64,000 nucleotides of DNA from Macrostomum lignano. Taxonomy: Eukaryota. A program made the translations under genes and the position numbers. The notes beneath the pieces were generated by a model. The model was not told where the DNA came from. It saw only the letters and a program-made list of their open reading frames with translations, and searched no databases. Below, in pieces: positions 53,385-64,000 of the stretch (within the stretch, counting starts at the first letter, position 1; every line of letters begins with the position of its first letter). The stretch is from positions 124,001 to 188,000 of the forward strand of contig NIVC01001585.1 in assembly GCA_002269645.1 (NCBI GenBank), given 5' to 3'.

Positions 53385-53756
53385 GTTGTGGAATAGGGAA
53401 AAAATTGTTTTAAGAAAATTAATTTAATATTTCGCTTTTTCGCTGAACTATTACTTACAGTAGTGCGTGCTATTTTGAAATCTAAAATTAATTTATAAAT
53501 TATGAATTAAGTTGTTTAATAAATTTGCTATTGTAAATTTTTTATTAGCTATTGTATTTTGCATTCATTTCGGCAAATAAAATCCTTATTAAAAAATTTC
53601 ATGATGAATTCTATTTATGAATCGACAAAAAAAGAAGTACCCGTGCATAACGTCAAACTAAATTATGAATTGTACAAGTAAAATAATATCTGCCATCTAG
53701 GTGTCAATCTGGTGTTGCTTGTTTCTATTTTGTTTGATTGGCTGCTTTTTCCATCG

Positions 53757-56700
53757 ATGGTAAGATAGATATATCCTCAGCTTCTTAGGTATCCTAATTA
53801 TTTAGGTAGCTACTCAGAAATCCCAATTATTCAGGTAGCTACTCAAAAATCCCAATTATTCAGGTAGCTACTCAGAAATCCCAATTATTCAGGTAGCTAC
53901 TCAGAAATCCCAATTATTCAGGTAGCTACTCAGAAATCCCAGTTATTCAGGTAGCTACTCAGAAATCCCAATTATTCAGGTAGCTACTCAGAAATCCCAG
54001 TTATTCAGGTAGCTACTCAGAAATCCCAGTTATTCAGGTAGCTACTCAGAAATCCCAATTATTCAGGTAGCTACTCAGAAATCCCAATTATTCAGGTAGC
54101 TACTCAGAAACCCCAAATATTCAGGTAGCTACTCAGAAACCCCAAATATTCAGGTAGCTACTCAGAAACCCTAGTTATTCAGGTAGCTACTCAGAAACCC
54201 CAGTTATTCAGGTAGCTACTCAGAAACCCAATTATTCAGGTAGCTACTCAGAAATCCCAGTTATTCAGGTAGCTACTCAGAAACCCCAGTTATTCAGGTA
54301 GCTACTCAGAAATCCCAATAATTCAGGTAGCTACTCAGAAACCCAATTATTCAGGTAGCTACTCAGAAATCCCAGTTATTCAGGTAGCTACTCAGAAACC
54401 CAAGTTATTCAGGTAGCTACTCAGAAACCACAATTATTCAGGTAGCTACTCAGAAATCCCAATTATTCAGGTAGCTACTCAGAAATCCCAATTATTCAGG
54501 TAGCTACTCAGAAACCCAAGTTATTCAGGTAGCTACTCAGAAACCCAAGTTATTCAGGTAGCTACTCAGAAACCACAATTATTCAGGTAGCTACTCAGAA
54601 ATCCCAATTATTCAGGTAGCTACTCAGAAACCCCAAATATTCAGGTAGCTACTCAGAAACCCCAAATATTCAGGTAGCTACTCAGAAACCCAAGTTATTC
54701 AGGTAGCTACTCAGAAACCCCAGTTATTCAGGTAGCTACTCAGAAACCCAAGTTATTCAGGTAGCTACTCAGAAATCCCAATTATTCAGGTAGCTACTCG
54801 GAAGATCCTAATTTGTCAGGTAGCCACCCTAAAACTCCAGTTAGTCTGGCAGACTCACTCAATGTGTTATAATTCCAGTACCGTGCCAACTCGTCAGTGA
54901 AACTAGCGGTCCTTGGCGCCGCCTCGGCCAGCGGCAGTCGCGGCATCCATGTCTCGGCCGCCCTGTGCCGCATACCGCACTTTCACAGGAAGCGGTACCG
55001 GCGCACCCTGGTGCCGCCCTACCATCAGGCCCGGTACGCCGATGAAGATCTGACGGCTAGCGAGGAGCCGCCTCTGCCCTTGGATGGCAGTCTGTTCACT
55101 ACTAGGCCATCTCCTGAGCAGGAGAGGCGCGAGTCTATGCTCAAACAGAGATCTATCTACGGCAAATTGAACGAACTAAATGAAACTGAATCGAATATGT
55201 GGTATCGGAAACTCAATATGCCATTAGAGCATCCCTGCTGTTTACCTTTAGCTCAGGTGATATATTTTATATTTGAATTTCATTGTTTCACTTTATATCT
55301 GGCACCATTGTCTCTTTAAGATCTGGCGCCATTGTCTCTAAGCATATGGCGCCATTGTCTTTAAGCATATGGCACCATTGTACTAAGCATCTGGCGCCAT
55401 TGTCTCTTTATGATCTGACGCCATTGTTTCTTTATGATCTGGCGCCATTGTCTCTTTATGATCTGGCGCCATTGTCTCTTTATGATCTGGCGCCATTGTC
55501 TCTATGATCTGGCGTCATTGTCTCTTTATGATCTGGCGCCATTGTCTCTTTATGATCTGGCGCCATTGTATCTTTATGATCTGGCGCCATTGTATCTTTA
55601 TGATCTGGCGCCATTGTCTCTTTATGATCTGGCGCCATTGTCTCTTTATGATCTGACGCCATTGTTTCTTTATGATCTGGCGCCATTGTCTCTTTATGAT
55701 CTGGCGCCATTGTCTCTTTATGATCTGGCGCCATTGTCTCTATGATCTGGCGCCATTGTCTCTAGGCACCTAGCGCCATTGTCTCTAAGCATCTGGCGCC
55801 ATTGTCTCTAAGCATCTGGCGCCATTGTCTCTTTATGATCTGGCGCCATTGTCTCTAAGCATATGGCGCCATTGTACTAAGCATCTCGCGCTATTGTCTC
55901 TTTATGATCTGGCGCCATTGTCTCTTTATGATCTGGCGCCATTGTCTCTTTATGATCTGGCGCCATTGTCTATGATCTGGCGCCATTGTCTCTTTATGAT
56001 CTGGCGCCATTGTCTCTTTATGATCTGGCGCCATTGTATCTTTATGATCTGGCGCCATTGTCTCTTTATGATCTGGCGCCATTGTCTCTTTATGATCTGG
56101 CGCCATTGTCTCTTTATGATCTGGCGCCATTGTATCTTTATGATCTGGCGCCATTGTCTCTTTATGATCTGGCGCCATTGTCTCTTTATGATCTGGCGCC
56201 ATTGTCTCTTTATGATCTGGCGCCATTGTATCTTTATGATCTGGCGCCATTGTCTCTTTATGATCTGGCGCCATTGTCTCTTTATGATCTGGCGCCATTG
56301 TCTCTTTATGATCTTGCGACATTGTCTCTAAGCATCTGGCGTCATTGTCTCTAAGCATCTGGCGCCATTGTCTCTAAGCCAGGCATTAAAGAGTCAGTTA
56401 GGCTAGCATCCAATACCAGGTATTCCAGGTAGGCCAACATGACTATTGTGCTAATTTATCCCCTTGCTCAGGCCATCTGCAACGCCAACATCGATCCCTG
56501 GCTGATCCCATCAGCCCCAAAAGTTCCCGAATCGGCGCCATCGTCGACGTCGCCGCCGGGAACGAAGATCGACAGCGAAGAGGCCGATAAAGGCGACGTC
56601 GGGTCGACACCGACTTCAGCAGTTTCGGCGCCTCCCATTGTCGTGGCGTCGCCGACCTCTCGCCTATCCCTGGATCAGCGGTCCAGCTTGATCTCTCTCG

Positions 56701-58518
56701 CAATCGAAGCCGTCCGCGCCGTGGAAGCCCAGCACCGCTGGCCGGAACAGCCGGGGCCTCGGCTCCAGGCGCGGGTGCAGCAGCGTCGAATCTGCGCCGT
56801 CATGGAGGCCCTGCTAATCGGCTGCGCTCGGACTGGCGCGCTAACCGCGCCGGATGATCTGCAAGCGGACGAGTCGCCCTTTGTGCAGATGTTTGCCAGG
56901 TAGCTCTGAGATTCACACCGTGTGATGCCAATGGGAAATTATCCCCACACCGTGTGATGCCAATGGGAAATTATCCCCACACCGTGTGATGCCAATGGGA
57001 AATTATCCCCACACTGTGTGATGCCAATGGGAAATTATCCCCACACAGTGTGATGTCAATGGGAAATTATCCCCACACACTCGCCAGCACTCCTGCCAAC
57101 CTGAACCCCCTCCCCCAGGTACTCCGGCCTGCACCCATCAGCCAGCAAGCGGCTGCTGCTGCCAGACCTGGCCTTCATGCGCACCGGCCGATTTCTTATC
57201 CGCGCCCCGCTGGCCTGGCAACTGCGCTCTCGGACGCCGCTCAGTCCTCTGGCTTCATCTCTCAGCGTGCGGCCGCCGCCGCCAGACTGGCCCTACAATC
57301 CCGACCTGCTGGGCCTGACACCCGAGCAGGACTATTGGTGCTTTGGCGAGATTGCCAAATTTTTGCTCAAGCGCCACGGAGATAAAGTGTTGCGAGCGGT
57401 GCCCGGTCACGTGACTGACGATGCCAGGCTGCCGGGCGATCCCTGTGAGTTCGGCTTGCTGCTGGCTATTAACGGCGACGATCCGGGTGGAGTGGACAGG
57501 CAACCGGACCAGTCGCCGCCTGTCGATTTTCAACGACCGGAGTTTTGGTGAGCGATTGAATTTACATAGTGGGGGCTATGCGTTTCTTCAAGAACCCTTT
57601 CTAAGGCTTAAGAAATTGAATTCTCGTTTTCATTTTTGCTCAAAATTTTTAAAAGCTTTTTCTGTTTCCTAGAAAATTTAAAAGCTCGGGTTTTCGTATC
57701 TTAGAAACCTTAAAGCTGCACTACTTTTTTATTTCTAGTGCTCTTTGATTGCTACTTACATCAGTAGAAAACAACGCATTTTATTTTATTTTATACCAAC
57801 CTAAAACTGCAGGCCCGCGCTCACCTGCGACGCGCTGCTGAGGCTGTACGCGTCCACCGCTGCTCAAGCCTTCCATCGCGGCTTCAACTGGGTGACGGAC
57901 TTGCGCCTCGGCGACCGTCCATTCATCACCATGTCTGGCAGCTTCGTTGGCGACTATTTGAAACTGTCGGCCTTCCAGTTGGCCACAGTGGCCGGTGGAG
58001 GCGATTATCAAATGGTGTCCGACAGTGCCGGCCAAGCTCGCCTATCCAACCAGATGTGGACTCAGCCGGAGCCTGTGTTGCTATGGCAACGCGATTCGCG
58101 CACCGGCCGCGTCACGGACGCCAATCCTGAGCAGGTGCTCCGCCTGGCAGATCTGATCTGCTCGCCTCGCTGCAGCCGAGAGGAGGCTGCCGAGGGCCGG
58201 CCATTCCTAGATGGCGAGGCTCCCTGCTCGCGAACCAGGTGGATTGGCTCAGCTGAGGAGACTGTGTACCGCCCGGTGGAGCCGCTGTCTGTCCACATCA
58301 GGCAGAAGCCGCGCTCGCCTAACTACATGTACCTGCTTGACCCCGTGCAGCCGCACACCCTGTACCGCTCCCTAGCCGGCACTCATCCGAGATTTCCTCG
58401 TCTGCCCGAGGCGGCCGAGGCCAGGGCAGCTGATTGGCGATCGAAACGAAAATTTGTTAAACGCGGCAGAAGAAAGGTTGTTAGGAAGCCGTACTTGATC
58501 ACGGATGCGTTTCCCTGA
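53757..58518 (+). CDS. MRPS30: Mitochondrial ribosomal protein mL65/MRPS30 (PDCD9), about 647 aa; exons 53757-53759 (ATG), 54879-55256, 56472-56899, 57119-57547, 57813-58518
   Basis: All junctions are GT-AG and phase-compatible (0, 0, 2, 2). The N-terminus MYRANSSVKLAVLGAASASGSRGIHVSAALC looks like a mitochondrial presequence. DPCEFG and AAQAFHRGF...RPFITMSGSFVGDYLKLSAFQL match the MRPS30 C-terminal region (AQAMYQGF...RPFVSQAVITDG...FFCYQL). Confidence 0.82.
53805..54820. repeat. 28-29-bp minisatellite (ATTCAGGTAGCTACTCAGAAATCCCAATT), MRPS30 intron 1
   Basis: About 35 tandem copies. Confidence 0.95.
55295..56390. repeat. 24-bp minisatellite (TCTGGCGCCATTGTCTCTTTATGA), MRPS30 intron 2
   Basis: About 45 tandem copies. 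Confidence 0.95.
56915..57080. repeat. 32-bp minisatellite (CACACCGTGTGATGCCAATGGGAAATTATCCC), about 5 copies, MRPS30 intron 3
   Basis: Tandem copies fill almost the whole 219-nt intron. Confidence 0.9.
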
Positions 58519-58799
58519 TTCTAAGTGGAGTTGAATTGCTTGACAATTGAGAGAGAGTAAAGTCTTTGTCAGCTCTTTGGTTTCGAATTTTCATCTGTTT
58601 GCCTGCTTGTTGAAATAGCATTTTTGTTATAGTTTTATTAAGTTGAAATATATTTGGCTATGCCACGGGTACTGCTAGTTTCGGTAATCAGCATATACTT
58701 GCAATTTACTACTTAATCAATGAGTAAACTGGTGCTCCGATGTTCTCGGCTTTTGTTGGAACTTGTCTTTCATTTTATTGGTCGATAACTATTACACCT

Positions 58800-59160
58800 C
58801 TAACACTATGACACCCTTCTTGAGACCCTGACACCCTTCTTGAAACCCTGACACCCTTCTTGAGATCCCGATACCCTTGTTGAGACCCTGTCTGTATCCC
58901 TCTCATCCTCTGTCTCTGAGACCCTTTTTAGACCCTGAAACCTTTCTTCAGACCCTGATACCCTTCTTGAGACCCTGACACCCTTCTTGAGATCCTGACA
59001 CCCTTCTTGAGATCCTGGCACCCTTCATGTGACCTTAAAATCTTTCTTGAGGTCCTGACACTAACACCCTTCTTGCGACGCTAAAAGCGTTTTTGATATC
59101 ATGACACCCATTTTGTGATCCTGACGCCCAGTTTTACCGGCCCTGACCTCTTTCTTAAGA
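58800..59160. repeat. 20-bp degenerate minisatellite (GACACCCTTCTTGAGACCCT)
   Basis: Tandem copies. Confidence 0.85.
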
Positions 59161-59864
59161 CCCTTCCTATGGATGGACCCTTGCGCAGTTGACATAACTC
59201 TCAGACCAACGCATTGTTGCATATGCGAAAGTATTAAAAATCTATTGAAGTATTGAAGTAGCGCAAAGCATTTTAAATATCTGATGAAACAGGACTTTTC
59301 CTTTCAGTTAACTACGGAAAACTGGAGGCGAAACTTTTACAGCTGTAGTCGTAGCCTTCTACCCCTACCCACGCATATTGTACTTTTAGTTACGAACGCT
59401 TGAGAGAAGAAATGTCGTGACGTCGTCTGATTTGTCTGTCCGTCTTCGTAAATTGAGTCCGTGCGACTCGTCATGCGACCTATTCACATTGCTTAAATAA
59501 ATGTACATTGCAAACCAGACTATAAAGTTGAAACATGGAATACTTAAAACAAACAAATTTGCTAGTTTTCGATTGTTGTACAAGAGCCTTCTACTGTACC
59601 GGATGTGGCAACTCCTTTTGCCTGTACTGTTTAGCTGACATATAGTTATTGGTTTGCTTAAAATTGATTTTCTCCTATAGCTATATATGGCGGAACTGGT
59701 AAGGGTAAGGGATAGGAATGGGAAGCCAGGAGAGCAGGGCAGAAGCATTAGCGATTTGGTTTGCAAAACGGCAGGGCAGTTGTTTCATTTAAGCGTTATT
59801 TTGAAGTAGTGTACATTGGCAAGCACTCCTAGCGTGCATGAGCCACACAAATTTGACCTTGAAG

Positions 59865-60060
59865 ACAGCCAATCAGCGGGCGGCTCGTCTTTAGGAATGA
59901 GTGGGGATAGTGGAAAATGCTGCTGTCTATTTTTAGCATCACGCCTCTCAGTCTCCTAAATGTACATTCAGTTGTAAAGCAGTTTCGTCAGTTGGCTAGA
60001 ATAAAGCTTTGTGAAGCGAGAGCCGTATTCATTTGGAATTCCGCTCTCTATATAAAATAG
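59865..60060 (+). promoter_or_regulatory. Putative ChaC promoter: CCAAT/GC box (AGCCAATCAGCGGGCGG) and TATA-like CTATATAAAA
   Basis: Motifs lie about 230-420 bp upstream of the ChaC ATG; sequence resemblance only. Confidence 0.35.
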
Positions 60061-60283
60061 AAGCGTTTTTATTCATCGCTCTGACTACGCTCTATATCCA
60101 TAGTGTTGTATTGGTCTGCTTCCTTTCTGCTCTACGCTTCTACGATTGTTCATGTGAAGTTGAAAGCATTTTATTTTTATGCAACTATAGTCGGCAGAAA
60201 AAAAGCTTTTAGTTTGCATTTCAGTTCGTCTTGTTCGCATCAAGTTAGGTTTAAACAATCAAATTACCCAAACTGGAAAAATC

Positions 60284-60475
60284 ATGCCGCCAATCGAGTT
60301 AGAGAAGCTCATCCAAGACCTCGTGTCCGTCGACGGCTCGCTGCGCATATTCGGCTACGGTTCGCTAATTTGGAAGCCGAACTTCCCGTTTAAAAGTCGC
60401 ACAGTCGGCTACATCAAAGGCTACGAGAGGCGGTTTTATCAGGGCACGACAACGCACAGAGGCACGCCAGAATGG
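60284..60475 (+). CDS. CHAC: ChaC glutathione-specific gamma-glutamylcyclotransferase, first coding exon (remainder not found in the window)
   Basis: [15 protein letters not shown]...[22 protein letters not shown] is the ChaC signature; phase-0 donor GTTAGT at 60476. Confidence 0.92.
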
Positions 60476-60714
60476 GTTAGTTTGTACTTGGCCATGTTTA
60501 TTGACATTTTCAGTTGTTAAATATTGTAGGCCAATTAAGATTACATATCAAGAACGTTCATATCTGAATGGTTACTCCTCTGGAACACCCCACTCGAAAT
60601 CCGTGCCCTAATTAATATAGAGGCCTACATGCAATTGACCTCTATTTGACCTCTTAGTCCGTAGCTTGGATTCCGTTACTTCTAGGCTGTATATCAAGTC
60701 ACTACTGACTAATG

Positions 60715-62065
60715 CGCCAAAATGGGGTGTCAGTCATGACTGAGATTCTCATCAAGGCCAAAATGGGGTGTCAGTCATGACTGAGATTCTCATCAAGGCC
60801 AAAATGGGGTGTCAGTCATGACTGAGATTCTCATCAAGGCCAAAATGGGGTGTCAGTCATGACTGAGATTCTCATCGGAGCCAAAATGGGGTGTCAATCA
60901 TGACTGAGATTCTCATCAAGGCCAAAATGGGGTGTCAGTTATGACTGAGATTCTCATCAAGGCCAAAATGGGGTGTCAGTTATGACTGAGATTCTCATCA
61001 AGGTCAAATTAGAGTGTCAGTCATGACTGAGGTTCTCATCAAGGCCAAAATGGGGTGTCAGTCATGACTGAGATTCTCATCAAGGCCAAAATGGGATGTC
61101 AGTCATGACTGAGATTCTCATCAAGGCCAAAATGGGGTGTCAGTCATGACTGAGATTCTCATCAAGGCCAAAATGGGGTGTCAGTCATGACTGAGATTCT
61201 CATCAAGGCCAAAACGGGGTGTCAGTCATGACTGAGATTCTCATCAAGGCCAAAATGGGGTGTCAGTCATGACTGAGATTCTCATCGGAGCCAAAATGGG
61301 GTGTCAGTCATGACTGAGATTCTCATCAAGGCCAAAACGGGGTGTCAGTCATGACTGAGATTCTCATCAAGGCCAAAATGGGGTGTCAGTCATGACTGAG
61401 ATTCTCATCGGAGCCAAAATGGGGTGTCAATCATGACTGAGATTCTCATCAAGGCCAAAATGGGGTGTCAGTTATGACTGAGATTCTCATCAAGGCCAAA
61501 ATGGGGTGTCAGTTATGACTGAGATTCTCATCAAGGTCAAATTAGAGTGTCAGTCATGACTGAGGTTCTCATCAAGGCCAAAATGGGGTGTCAGTCATGA
61601 CTGAGATTCTCATCAAGGCCAAAATGGGATGTCAGTCATGACTGAGATTCTCATCAAGGCCAAAATGGGGTGTCAGTCATGACTGAGATTCTCATCAAGG
61701 CCAAATTGGGGTGTCAGTCATGACTGAGATTCTCATCAAGGCCAAAATGGGGTGTCAGTCATGACTGAGATTCTCATCGGAGCCAAAATGGGGTGTCAGT
61801 CATGACTGAGATTCTCATCAAGGCCAAAATGGGGTGTCAGTCATGACTGAGATTCTCATCAAGGCCAAAATGGGGTGTCAGTCATGACTGAGATTCTCAT
61901 CGGAGCCAAAATGGGGTGTCAGTCATGACTGAGATTCTCATCAAGGCCAAAACGGGGTGTCAGTCATGACTGAGATTCTCATCAAGGCCAAAACGGGGTG
62001 TCAGTCATGACTGAGATTCTCATCAAGGCCAAAATGGGGTGTCAGTCATGACTGAGAGTCTGAGA
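60715..62065. repeat. 41-bp minisatellite (AATGGGGTGTCAGTCATGACTGAGATTCTCATCAAGGCCAA), about 33 copies
   Basis: Tandem copies; a 533-bp (13-unit) higher-order duplication. Confidence 0.96.
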
Positions 62066-62989
62066 CAAAGGACAAAAGTATATTGGTTACCATATCAATA
62101 TTTACCCATGAGTGGCTTTTTATTGAATTATTGATTAGCAAAGTGGCTGTGCAATCAGTCATATTAAGAGTCAATCTCGTGACCGTCAGATAGCAATCAG
62201 TCTGTTTTTGTGCCCACTACAGTGGCTAATCAAGCATATAGCATGCAGGCTAACTAATCACAGCGCCGTAATCCAGCATCCTCTTTGCTAATTAAGTTAA
62301 TGCAATATTTTTATTTGCTTCCGTAAGACCCCTGGATTTGTAATTACTTATAGGCTTTTGGCTTAACTCAACTTGAACAATCTTATCAGTGCGGTCCAAA
62401 TTAATACAATATAAAGTGAATATGCGGTGCCTGTCAGTCAATCGAGTCAATGTTTATTGCATATTGTATGAGGGGTTCAAGCTCCAAAATCCACGACCCT
62501 CCATGTCGTATGCACGGCTATGTGCCTTACTCAGCGTTAAATCAGCTAGTAAAATAGAATTGTAACTTTGTCAGTCTGGTTCTATCTCGAGATTCAAGTG
62601 TTAATGATTATCTTGAATCACGCGAGTGCTTCGTGATGTTTTTTTTCTAGCACCTGTCACAGGTGTGGGAACAATGAGCTATATGGGTAGTGCGATTTTC
62701 AGAGAAACTCTAATTCAGACCAGTGCGCTCAGATCTAGAGAATTTTGGTCCTAGATTGACTTTGTTGGCGTAGCTGACTTATTTTTATAAGCGCTACTAG
62801 GTAAACTACTATATGTAAGTAGTATGTAGAGATTAAGAAATGCTATTTTGCAGCTTAAGTCTAATAACTTTTGGATGTGAGCGTTTCCTATTATATCACA
62901 ACTATACAAGCTCGATATTTTTATCTTCAATATTTAAGGTTTTTGTTAAAGTCACTTATTCAAAAGTTTTCGCTCAAGTTTTCGAGGTT

Positions 62990-64000
62990 AGCTGGTTAGT
63001 GAAACTTTGAGCTTGATCTAAATTTCGAGTTCAATGAAATTTTGAGCTTGATGAAGTTTACAGCTTGATGAATTTTCGAGCTTGATGAAGTTTCAAGCTT
63101 GATGAAGTTTGAGTTCAATATGAAGTTTCGAGCTTGATGAAGTTCGAGTTCAATCTGAAGTTTCGAGCTTGATGAAGTTTGAGTTCAATATGAAGTTTCG
63201 AGCTTGATGAAGTTCGAGTTCAATCTGAAGTTTCGAGCTTGATGAAGTTTGAGTTCAATATGAAGTTTCGAGCTTGATGAAGTTCGAGTTCAATCTGAAG
63301 TTTCGAGCTTGATGAAGTTCGAGTTCAATCTGAAGTTTCGAGCTTGATGAAGTTCGAGTTCAATATGAAGTTTCGAGCTTGATGAAGTTTCAAGCTTGAT
63401 GAAGTTTGAGTTCAATATGAAGTTTCGAGCTTGATGAAGTTCGAGTTCAATCTGAAGTTTCGAGCTTGATGAAGTTCGAGTTCAATATGAAGTTTCGAGC
63501 TTGATGAAGTTCAAGTTCAATCTGAAGTTTCGAGCTTGATGAAGTTCGAGTTCAATATGAAGTTTCGAGCTTGATGAAGTTCGAGTTCAATATGAAGTTT
63601 CGAGCTTGATGAAGTTTCAAGCTTGATGAAGTTTGAGTTCAATATGAAGTTTCGAGCTTGATGAAGTTCGAGTTCAATCTGAACTTTCGAGCTTGATGAA
63701 GTTCGAGTTCAATATGAAGTTTCGAGCTTGATGAAGTTCGAGTTCAATCTGAAGTTTCGAGCTTGATGAAGTTCGAGTTCAATATGAAGTTTCGAGCTTG
63801 ATGAAGTTTCAAGCTTGATGAAGTTTGAGTTCAATATGAAGTTTCGAGCTTGATGAAGTTCGAGTTCAATCTGAAGTTTCGAGCTTGATGAAGTTCGAGT
63901 TCAATATGAAGTTTCGAGCTTGATGAAGTTCAAGTTCAATCTGAAGTTTCGAGCTTGATGAAGTTCGAGTTCAATATGAAGTTTCGAGCTTCATGAAGTT
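62990..64000. repeat. 35-bp minisatellite (TTTCGAGCTTGATGAAGTTCGAGTTCAATATGAAG), runs off the window
   Basis: Tandem copies of two ~17-18-bp related halves. Confidence 0.96.

Noticed and set aside
60715-62065. CRISPR array (palindromic 30-41-bp repeats; also 21500-22150)
   Set aside because: Units are directly adjacent with no unique spacers, no cas genes are present, and the context is eukaryotic.

Overview
Eukaryotic (metazoan) genomic DNA, not prokaryotic. GC-rich exons have canonical GT-AG sites, several introns are very short (32-53 nt), and most large introns and spacers are filled by a different locus-specific minisatellite. This architecture resembles a free-living flatworm such as Macrostomum (inference only). 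Recognisable genes: last exon of ALG14, RNMT (mRNA cap N7-methyltransferase), a family-B/Methuselah-like 7TM receptor, two tandem TMEM216-family ciliary transition-zone genes, FAM76, MRPS30/mL65 and the first exon of a ChaC gamma-glutamylcyclotransferase. Two unrecognised spliced minus-strand genes are tentative. Most notable accessory features: (1) a 3.57-kb TIR element with CCC...GGG ends, a 2-bp TSD and subterminal repeats, inserted in an RNMT intron and carrying a spliced, apparently frameshifted non-transposase gene; (2) three related ~95-bp repeats, two of them inverted, that resemble the 28S rRNA segment around the R2/I-PpoI target site; (3) a fold-back element, a small MITE and an unclassified 1.1-kb insertion with a 10-bp direct repeat. 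Nearly all long ORFs in the supplied track are artefacts of tandem repeats. Exon boundaries were read by eye, and homology calls come from recalled family motifs, not database searches.
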